DNA of 64,000 nucleotides from Perna viridis (lineage: Eukaryota), in contig CM074524.1 in NCBI GenBank assembly GCA_037379345.1, positions 24,920,750-24,984,749 of the forward strand, read 5' to 3'. Below the pieces are notes generated by a model that ran no database searches, was not told the origin of the DNA, and saw only the letters and a program-made list of their open reading frames with translations. The first letter of the stretch is position 1; each line of letters starts with the position of its first letter. A program made the translations under genes and the position numbers. Of the stretch, positions 26,401 through 38,400 are shown piece by piece.

Positions 26401-29400
26401 ACAGCGTCTCTTCATAATTGTCAGCAGCAGGGCTCAAGGTGGCTATCATCACAGTTTTGCTGTTGCCTCCAAGATTGTCCTTAATTACACAAAATGCATT
26501 AAAAACACATCATTACTATTAACCTTTGGAACAGTTAATTTGGGAGATTCTCCCCCTACATCTCTGTCTCATGTGGAAAATTTTTACGTGAACAAAAATT
26601 TTGGGAATATGAATTCAGTAACAGTATTTTTCACAGAAAACGAACATGTAGTTATTTCAACCAAAACATCCCACAAACCTTACATTTTTATGTGGAGGAT
26701 TTTAAATTTTCATTCGTTTTGAAGGAGTCTCCCCCTAATGTGGGAGGGTTTATACGTATATGTTATTGTATTTAATTTTTTTTTAGTATTAGACCTTCTA
26801 AATTTGAGAAAGACATTATTTTGATCCAGTTATCATCAATGGGATAGAAAAAATGGGAAGTACAAGAAACTGTGTATATATTTATATGGGTTGTTATCAC
26901 TGACACTTTTCCCCTTTCTTTTTCTAAATCATGGGCTGTTTCTTCTAATAACTGATTTGAATGATGTGCATTTTTCCACTACAAAACCATAACAAATTAG
27001 TTTTGGGCTTGTGCTTATTAATTGGACCTTATAGCAAATTTGAATTGTACAATATATAAGGCCAAACAAAACAAATGCCTATTCCCAGGCCACTTCTAAA
27101 AAAAATTGATGCAGAGGGGAGGCTTTTTTGTTTTGTTTTGTTTTGTTTTTGTTTTTTTATCAGAAGCAGGTTTTCTTCTTTTTTTTCCAAGAAATTTCAT
27201 CAAATTGAACAATTCTGTAAACGTACAGGATGTGGAGAAGTTAAATAAAATACTCTGTGGCATTAAAACTTTACTGGAATATGAGATGTGGCAAGAAATA
27301 AAAGCCATCTAACCGCCATGAGACAAACTTTCATTTTTAATGACAAATGTTAAATAACAGCCTCATTCACATCATACTTTTTACCTTTCTGTCAAATGCT
27401 CAGATGCTTCCGTAACTAATTAAAAGTCGATTCCGGATTGGATATGAAAATTTCCAGAATGGATTTTACCATAATAAAAATTGCACATGCAGGAGGGTTT
27501 ACAGGGATGCGATAGTGCCAGAGAACCTAGCATATTTTTTTAGCCTAACAAATATGTGTATTAGTGTCTTTTTCATATTACATTATTTAACTGTGAGGTT
27601 ATTGTCATTCAGTGATCCTACCTTGAGAAGCCATGTTAGGACTGAGTCTCTGTAAGGTACGAACTTGTCCTTCTTTTTACCAGCAGATGCATCAGCAAGG
27701 GCTGATATCACAAGTCCTAGTGTTGTCAAGGATCTGTAATGTAAAAATATCTTAAGTTAAAAGGCTTTCCTTTGGTCAAAATGTATAAAATTATCTTTCC
27801 AATTATTTTGTAATTGCTCTTAATGTGCAAGAGTTAAAATGCCAAATATCAACATCCATTTCAGTTACTACATTTTTTTTTAAATCATGCTTTTTCTTAT
27901 TGTGCTTCAAACTTTTGTGTATCCAAGGACCATAGTGTTTGTTATGCTGCTTAAATCAAAATTAAACCCTTTTCAAGATTACGCATCAGTTTGCTTTTGG
28001 GTTTTTTCTTTCAGTGATAGATTTAACATGGCAGCTGTTGCTGTCCAATACAAAAATGCTCTAAACCTATCTGAATATCTATAAGAATAAAGTGCAAAAA
28101 AGATGTCATGCTTTTTTTTTATGTTCAAAACTTGCCCTTTTTGTCTTTCAAAATCAGCAAAACAGAACTAGAGATCAGCTTAATATCTGCAAGAATTTAG
28201 AAAAAGTCCAGAAAGCTGTTTGTCTCATAATAAAGGATGCAACTACATCCCTTGTCACTGTGTGGGAGAATGTAATTTTTGACATCTTATTTACTTATTG
28301 ATATTAGATCCTTCTTTCAATCGATCTCCAACAGCACCAGTCTTCTGAGCACGCTCACTACCAGCTAAATCTACCAGACTTATCTTGCTGACCTTTTCAC
28401 CACTGACCTGAAATGAAAAATAAAACAGAGATAGAAAAAAAAATTCTTATTATTTTTAAAATTCTTCCATGAAAACTTCTAAATGATCAGAGTGGGTGGA
28501 TGACAATCAAAAGATACTTCCCACTTATTCACAAGTAAAATGGGAACATTAGCTTCACACAAGAATTCCTAATTGGTACTTCTTGCATATACAATTCATT
28601 TTTAAAACCATCAAAATTCAGTAGATTAAAATAAAGAAAAACTGAATAGTTGAAAATTTGAGAAAATGCCGTTAAAGCTAAACTGTGACATGCAGAAAAA
28701 AAAAAACTGTAAGTCACAAAAAAAAAACAATTATAAAAGACACCTACACAAAATGGAATAATTTTACAATTACTATGACATAACCTGATTACCTACATGA
28801 CCAATAAATGACCTGAACTTAACATAAAAAGTAATTTATGAATGAACTAATTCTTTCAATCAATTTGTGTCTCCTTCCCTGTACTAAATAACTCTATAAT
28901 TGTGTCTCTGATCTGGATAGCGAAAAATCAAAAACATGTCAATCCACCGAGGGAATGATACATGATGATTTTTAATGTATGCAAATTAACACTTTTAGAC
29001 CACAGAATCTATACTTGTACACCCAAGTTAAATTTATCATTTCATATTCATAATTTATAAAAATGTCTATCTTCTAGTGTTATTCAGTGGTGGATGCAAA
29101 AGTGGGATATTAAATCCATCTTTCATTGTTATACATGATAACTGATATTTTAAAAATAGTACTAAAATGTTGATTTTACAGCATCAATTTGATGTGTCAG
29201 GTTTCCGATGAAATTTCCAGTAATTTATTGCTGTAAAGATTTGTATTTACAGTGAAACCTGCCAAAACCAACCCTGGATATACCTAAAACCCGTGAAACC
29301 AGACACATTCAAAATATACGTTTAAATACCCTTTAACCAAACAAATGTTTAACACTGAAAGAAGTTCAGTTCAGAAAAGTTCCACTAAAAATTATATGAG

Positions 29401-32400
29401 AATAATAAATTTGTGAACGATAGCCATGTTTTAAAGGTAAAAAAGGAACTAAATACAAATAAAATAAGAATAAAAAAGTAAAAACAAATTGATAAATTGA
29501 TAGGGCTTATAGTTATCAATTTGTTTTTACATTTTATTCTTATTTTATTTGTATTTAGCTCCATTTTTACATTTTCAAAGTGGCAATCGTTCACAAATTC
29601 ATTATTATTATTTATGTTTAATCTAAGCCACTTCACAAAATAGATTAATTTTAAAATTTATATGCAATGTCCAACACTACTCGTAGTAAAAATACACTAG
29701 AACATCATAGGCTTAAAAAAAATCACATTATTTCAATACAATAATACCCCCCTCTATTTTACATAGAAATGGTAAAACAGTCTAAGATCAAGCCATTTAT
29801 TGTATTTGCATCAAATCTACATCCATCAATCCCAAATTAATATATATACACCAAAATTAATTTTTTCACAAATTTTTCTTAGATATAACAATTTTCTTGT
29901 CATACCTGTCAAAACTGCATGTTCATTTGTGAGATTTAAATTTACAATTTCAATATTAATATGACTTACTGTCTAATTATCAATTGATCAGATGGTTTTT
30001 ATTGTTTAAATTTTGACACTAAAGGAAATTACAACATTCCCTAAAATATGATGATGAACTTTACTTGTAAAAATTAAGTATTGAAATCTCTCAAGTGTTA
30101 TCAACTTCTCAAATAGTTGTTGAATTTTTTTAAATGAAAGTATGGCAGTACAGAAATCCAATATTCAAAAAAGATTCACGATCGTTCAAGAAATATAAAT
30201 TGACAAAGTGTATACAAACTGTGAAATGTTAAGTAATCAATAAACTCAGAAATAATTCATAAAGTTCATATTCAAATAATTTAATCACCAAAATTGTGTC
30301 CTTTTCATAACAGTCTACTCTATACCTAGTCATATCAAGAGTGAGGTATATATCCCATCTTTTTACCTAACGTGAAAAGAGCCAGAAATTTACCTGGCCC
30401 AAAACATCAGGGCTGACTTAGCATCTACATGTATAATGGGCCTCAACAGGACTTCTTGTTTCTTAGGTGTGTATCTATTGTTGTTTCATGGAAACTTCTC
30501 CAGTTCTCTTAAAACATGCTGAGTATTTCTTTTATAGTAATATTTAAGACACATACAGTAAGACATTTATTAATACCCAGAAAATTCTAACATTGTATAA
30601 TCAACACTCCAACTTAAAACATACATTGTACATAATAAACCGATTCATAACATAAACCAAACAATTACTGTTTATTACATAACTTGCTAAATACCTTTGC
30701 TGTATCAAACTTAATTTGGCTTCTTGGGGGCTACTCATACTACACCATGGACTATGACAATTACAGTCCTATTATTGTCATTGAACTATACCTAACTACT
30801 GAACAACAAAACATATTTACTATAGGCTTGTGGATGATCCTGACAAGCTAAAGTGGAAAGTATGAAAGAAAGGATCTGACTTAAAACCCTAATATGGTGT
30901 CTAATTTTTAGGCGGCAGAATGCAGCCTTGCAGGGCAATGGGCAGTAGAAACCAGCCAGATGATAACAAGTTGAAATTGATTGTAGGTGGTAGACTCCAG
31001 CCTAAAGACTGATTTAATTATTTACGACATAATGAACACAGGCGTCAGAATCCAGCCTGAGGCTGAAGATTCCAGCCTATTGAGATAAAGGCAGTCACAG
31101 TTATATATGTTCTGGCTCTTACACCAAAAAAACCCTATATTACTCTCAACTCATATCGTATTCCTAGTTATGCAAAAACATTAATCAATAAACAATGATA
31201 ACGAAATATTAGTATGATGTATACCTGAATTGGGGGAAAATAATTTCCTGAAATTATACAGGCCAAATGAATGAATACATACACAATGTATGAGAGAAGC
31301 CCCCAAGAAGTATACAACATGAAAAGTAATTAAATACCCTTAATTAGAAATGCAAATATTAAAAATGAGATCAACAAAAAAAACCAAAACAAAACAACAT
31401 CAATAAAAAACATACCAGATTATTAATATATTAAAACAACTGGAAAATGTATAAAGTACATAAATTTCCTTTTAAAGATTAACTTTTCACTGTTATTTTT
31501 TTAATCACTGTTATTTCATCTTAGTTAAAAAAAATCATCTTCTTTCAACCTACTTTTATTTAGTTTAAGTTATATAATTTGTTTTCTCCTATAAATTAAT
31601 ACTTTAATATAAATTGAGCACTAGGACAGCTAAAATCTTTTTTTTTTATTTTCAAGTCATCAGAAACATATAGTTAAATTTGATCCACTTATCCAATTCT
31701 CTTAAAGATGTACAGACAAAATTGAAATCAAACTTATATAAAACATAGCAATCCTTAAAAAATCACCACAAAAAATATCCCATTTATTCTATGACACCAC
31801 AAAATCAAATTAAAAAATAAATTACCAATCAAATTTAATGTGAAAATGAGGACATTAAAACCATAAGACATGTCAATAATATAATTTATGTAAATGAACT
31901 GTAAAACTAACCCCATTGTCAAATCCATCACCTCAGGTGCATTATCATACACCTCTGTGCAGAGGACAATGAAAACCATGTCGGGGATATAAATCACTTA
32001 ATCTTTAATTGTACATTATAACTGGACTTTTCAGGTTAGCACCTAAATGTGATAATATCTATATACATGTATTAGAGTAGAACTATTTGAAGTGAGCACA
32101 AACCCGGTGATATGATGTGATTTAATCCCAAAAGAATAAACTCTATATAACCTAATGTGATACAGAAGTGATAATTCAACTTTACAATGTGAAATGTGAT
32201 TTAGATACTTATAAGAAATAGATTTTAAGTATAATGTTGGACTCTAAGACTTACTGGATTTATATAATTGTGACAATATTACAAGTTTACAGTGCTAAAA
32301 GCCAAGGCCACACTGACCAGTGGACTTATAAAAATTACAGAGGAAATGACACCCATTCTCAACAAGGTAAATATCTCATCTTTCTCACCAGTAAAAAAAA

Positions 32401-35400
32401 ATATGTTTATTCAATTTACATTTCTTAAAATTTTTGTTATGTTATAAAATTTATACTTTTTCACAGCTTTCTTTCATCATCAAAGTTGTATCTAACTTTC
32501 AATAATATCTTAATGCATATTAAAATGTGCAAATACATGTTTTAATCTAAATCATTATTTAATTTCAACTTGCAATTACAAAAACATTGTAAAATTGTAA
32601 AAAAAAGAATATTTTCTCACTTAATATTTTTATACTGCAATTCCATGTATTTAATTATCAACAGAGGCCAACCTTTCCCTTTATTTTTTATAACTAGAAG
32701 TAGAAGATAATGTTTTTTTTCCAATTTCAAACAATATTGGCAATTCAAATATTAGTTGAACACTTATCAATGTAATCATTTATAACTAATGTAAAATGGT
32801 CAAAGAACTGATTTATTTACTTACAATGTGATTAAAATGGTAGTTTAATGTCTGCATTTAATTTCATGAACACTGATATCCACTCACATTTACTATTTTG
32901 AAGTTTGATTAAAAAAAAATAAATACAAAAATGGCAATGAAGCAGAACACACATAAAGAAACTATTACAAACTTTGAAAAAAAAGAATATCAATCATCTC
33001 AAACCGATTTATAAAACAGTTATTAAACCCTTTTGCTTTAACACTATTAATCAAACATATAAAGTTTTCTTTGTGGATATTGGTTGAAACCTTCAAAATA
33101 CTTAAAACACTTTCCACTAAAAAAATTTGTATTCCATCAGGTTTGCCACACTCCTACAAAGATGTCTACATATCTGAAGCCCACCAACAACCATCCCAGA
33201 AACATCCTACCTACCAGTACCCGGGTCGGGCTGCTGCATGGAGTCAGAATAATGGCCCAGCTCAACCAGCCAATAATTGGAACCAACAGAGCAAGCCAAC
33301 AATTTCATACAAGGGCAGAAACTCTAATTTGAACTCAGGACCTTCACAACCACACATGAATCAGAAAACCCCTAACTGGATACCACCGAATCATCCTTCA
33401 ACAGGGAACCACCATTCTAACCTAGCTCCATACAGTGTTCCAATGAATCCAGGAATGGTTCCATTTATTGACCCTGACCTCCCTGATGGTCTAGATGACC
33501 TATGGGAAATGCAACAAAAACAATCAGCAATTCAACACATGATGAATAGTAACCCAAGTCTTACCCAACAAATGATGTCTATGCCAAAGAACATGATGCC
33601 AAACAATATACAATCTCAAGGTCAACAGCAAGGTCCAGTAAAAAAGCCCAGTGGTCCTGGCAATGTTAGAATTTATACAAACCCTAATACTGGTCAATCA
33701 AATGGACTTCAGTGGAATCACCATAACACTAACAGCATGCCCCAAGGAGCTAATTATGAACAACATCAAATGGAAAGGATACCAAACCCTGCATACACAA
33801 TACCAGTGAATGGGAATAATGGGACACAGACTGGGGAAACAAGAATCACTCATCTAGACCTGAGAGATAATTCCCAACCAAAAGCTATTGCTTTCAGAAA
33901 TCAGTGGTACAGGAAAAGAGGAAGACAAAACCAAGAAAGCACAACACTCAAACCAACAGCAACTACAACACCAAGTCAAACTCCACAATCTAGATGGAAT
34001 CAACAGCAGCAGCCAATAAACTCAAACCAACAACAGCCACAAAATGCCAACTATCAACAGCGACACAATACAAACTATCAACAGCAACCCAGTTCCAACT
34101 TACAACAACAACAAAACACTTACTACCAACAGAACCCCAGCCAACAATACATGGGACGGTCTCACTTTGCCACAACACCATTTCCTGTTTATAACAAAGA
34201 AAATTTACAAGAATCAAATCCAAATATACAACATGGTATGAATGCCTACAATCTGTACCAACCAAATCACCAGTTTTTTCCATATCAACAACCAAATCCA
34301 AGTCAGGGACAATCTCACTACATGCAACCCAACAATTCTGGAAGCCAGAGAAAAAGTGATGAGGATCAAATGCAGTTCCATCATGGTGGACAACAATATG
34401 CAATGTATCAGAATGTACAACAAGGTAACAATGGAGGCACACCAATGGGCTGGAATCAAAGGAGGCCTGATTTGTCAGAATACAATGAACAAGATGATCA
34501 AAAGTCACCAAATGTTGGACAACCTTCACAACAACCTGAGAATGAAAATGAAGGACAATATAAGACTAGGCCAAATATTGCCCCAGGTCAATATTACAAA
34601 AATCAACAACAGCATGTAGGTCAGAGAATGCCACTAAACAGCTTCTGGCCATCAAATGGACCAGGACAGTTGCAAGGTAACCAGCCTCAACTTGGAAATA
34701 ATGGGCCTTATTCAGGGAGATTCAATGGCAATCAGCCTTATATTCGACCTCCACACCGCAATCAAGGTGGGGAAAGTGAGCAGGAAATTGAAGGACAGAG
34801 ACCCTTTTCTATGACAAATCAAAACACAGGGAATACCAGAATCAGTGACAGAATGCTTCAAGAATTACTTAATGAGAGACTGAAACAGAGAGGAATTGGA
34901 CACCAGTCAACTGGACCCTGGTCCCCAGTTCATGAAGGTGGCTATGGATACCAACCAGGACATATAAATCCCCAACTGCAAAACACAAATAACCCTAAAA
35001 TGGCAAAAGGTCCAAACAATCAAAAACCAAATAATCAGAAAGGTCCAAGCAAGGGAAATTCCCAAAAAGGAGGAAAAATTCCTTCTATAACAGGAAGGGA
35101 AGTCTGGGTAGATCCTAAGAATCAGCAAGAAATAGCTGCTTCAAGAATGAAACCAAATGTTCTTGATGAAATTTTAGACCAGTTTTTATTGGGAGGTGCT
35201 GACGAGATAGATACACCATATGGTAAAATAGAAAGAGAAAATAATGGTGGCTATGAAGTAGAAGGACCTTTACTTAGGATGATTCTAGCAGAAATAAGAA
35301 ATGGGAAAATAAATAAAACCAAGAATGCATCCCCATATGACCTTGAACATCAGAGAAAGTTTGCTGGCTTCAACCCAATGAGTAGAACACCAGCTAAACA

Positions 35401-38400
35401 AAGGGACATAAACCCAATACAACAAGGTGGAAGGAATCTGATGAATCAAAGAAAGAATGCTGATTCTCAGTCCTCACAAGAGGTTTCTCCTTCGATTTCC
35501 ATGGATCCTGACCAGCCCATACTTGATTCAATGAAAAAAGCAATATGGGAATCACTGCCAATAAATAGCAATACAAACGAACAAAGCAAACTACAACAGT
35601 CTGTCAACACAACCAAAGTAGAAACTGCCTCAAATCCTGGAAATATGGAATTGACAACAAGGAAACCAGAAACAACTATAATAGGGACTACAAGGCAGCC
35701 AAATGGCTGGATTCAGCCACAACAAACTCAAAGAAAACCTGACCTCTGGCAGAACCCAAGAATGCAAAATATTAAACTATCTCCCTGGGACCCAATAGGA
35801 CCTGAAGCTCAAGGGAGACAACCATGGAACCCATCTCAGACAGGACAAATGAATAACCAAGGATTCCTACCAGAAGGCAGTGGAGCAGGTGATAACATTC
35901 AGTTCCCACAAAACCAACAAATTGCTACCATGCAAAACATTACCCAGCCAACACCAATTAATGGTTCTTCATCAATTGGATCATTCAATATGACTCAAAT
36001 TATCCATACTCCAAATGAAGATCCATACCAGATCAAGGAACCACCTCCGATGGCTGCAAGAATAGTTCAACTTCCCGATGATTCAAGTACAACACCCAAA
36101 GCAGCAAATACTAGCCAAAGAACACAGGCTGTACCAAAGACAGCTGTAGAGAGAAAGGCTTCTGGATCAGCCTTTGGAGTCATTATAATTACGCTGGTAG
36201 TCATGGGATGTCTGATTGCTCCAGCAGCTTGTATTGTATGGAGGATACGTAAGAAAAAAAATGACCAAAAACGTAAGAATATCAAAGCAGATAGCTGCTG
36301 CAATGTCAAACTTGAAACCGATGCCATGGTCCTACATGATTTTGGGAACTGTGATATTGACTTAGAAAAGTCACAAGGTGCCAGGAGGAAAACTTACTTT
36401 AAGGACTTCTCTGACAAAGGTCACAATGTTCATGAACTTCAGCCATTGAAATCGAGTGACAAGACGCCAGCTAATGTACATAAAGCAATGGTGCACCAAG
36501 TCAATGAAGTTTTCTGATTGTAATAAAATCATGCAAATCATTTTCATTCTTTGTAATACTAAATTAAGAGCAGCACAAAACAAAAACATGTAATTTGATT
36601 GTATACCTTTGTTTGATGGTTGTCATTTTAGTGTTCTTTAGTTTATTACAACAGGGTGTTTGGTCAATACTTTATCTTAGGTCAAAAGCTAAGAGCTTCT
36701 TGTTTCTGGCAGACATCATTCCCAATGCACTAAAGTTTATATGTAATTGCAAATATGCATGGTTTTCTCATAGACAGCCTCTTAAATCACCTCTACGGTA
36801 CAAATGAACAAAAGGACAGATATATAAACAGGGTACACCACAATATGTGTATCCAAAGACTTATGACATGAGAATTATGAATCAAGCAATCTAAACCATA
36901 TCTTGATGACAACCATATAAAAAGTTTTTAAAATCAAAAGCGCAAATCCAAGATTAAAGATGCTAGAAAACTTAGGTCTAAATCAGTTTCACTGTTCAAA
37001 CACAAACCAATTACAAGCCAATATATTCATAGCAGATTCATTCATAAAAAGTAAATGCACACTTCACTTTACAAATAGAATTGATCGAAGTATGGATGAA
37101 AACATTATGCTTCAAAAAGACAACAATAGCTCACTGTTTACTAAGTGCAGCCCCAAAACTTGTACTAAATTACTCTAGTGATTATAGTGAAACTTGGTAG
37201 GCAAATTCACAACCAAAAGGTGACATTTCATCTACAAATAATGGGAGCTGATTTATTTAGAAGTGATTCATTAAATAAGTTAATGGGCCTTCCAGTTTTA
37301 GAAAGTATTGATTAATATGATGAGTTTCAACAAACAATCATTACCATTGCTTCTTCATGTTGTTTAAAGAACATGTCTAGAGCAGAAATAGGTCAATAAT
37401 ACAATTATCATGCATCCAAACTGATCTTACAAGAAATTTTCAAATGGTTTTGCATTATTTGTAACTATACGGAAAAACAGGGCAAAAAAATCAGTGTTGT
37501 TTAATGGAAGGCAAAGGATACTTGAATTTCTGCTGATTTCTGCATGTGTTCAAGACAAACTTAAAGATTATTGGATAAAATAAGAGTATGTCCTTCTTAT
37601 TCGAAATTGGTCTAGAAGCCGTTAACAAAATTATCTGTATCAATTTGATCAATTGGTGGTTTTACTTTGTTGGATATGAAAATATGAATTTCCACATCCC
37701 CATCCAATTTGTTGATAGAATTTAAAAAAAAAGCATTGACACCAAAAGCTCATTCAACTATAAAGTAAAGACATATCAAATCACTTAAAAGTTTAATTTA
37801 GGCATGTTTAGACACTGGTGGTTTGTAAACTTACACAAGAGCAACACTGAGTATGAAGACTCTAATTTCAGTTTCTTCTGTACGCTAAAACATTCAAAAC
37901 CTAGAATTGAGACTAATAGGGTAACTGAGGAGTAACTAAATGAGTTTCTCTACTCAAACACTGAACCAATTAATACCATATAAAGTAACAATACATGCAG
38001 TATAGAGATAAGATTGATTGTATTCTAAAAAGTAATGAGTTTCTTCAAACAAACCCCACAGAGAATCCTGTTGTCGAGAAGCATCAAAGCATGCGTTTGT
38101 TTACCATGTGCATAATCAAATAATGGCTGCAGTAGATACAGTCTATCTAAAACATTAAAAACTGCCTTAATCTAACTCTGTATAACATGACAAATGGGTT
38201 AAACCAGTATAGCACTTAACAATTTAAGGTAACATTTCTTATGAAGCATTGAACTAGTCAAAATTACTAGGTTTTTTAAGAGCTCCTGAAACCGTATAAA
38301 GAAGGTAAAATATTATCTGTTTTCTGTTACTGTACTACCAAACCTTATAGTACTAATGGAGAGTGAACAAAAATCAAATAGGATGACAACTATCTATAAA

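Noticed and set aside
33071-33140. ORF-track N-terminus of the 1148-aa ORF (MWILVETFK...)
   Set aside because: It starts at a TTG and lies upstream of a good acceptor at 33140; the signal-peptide exon at 32234 explains the real N-terminus
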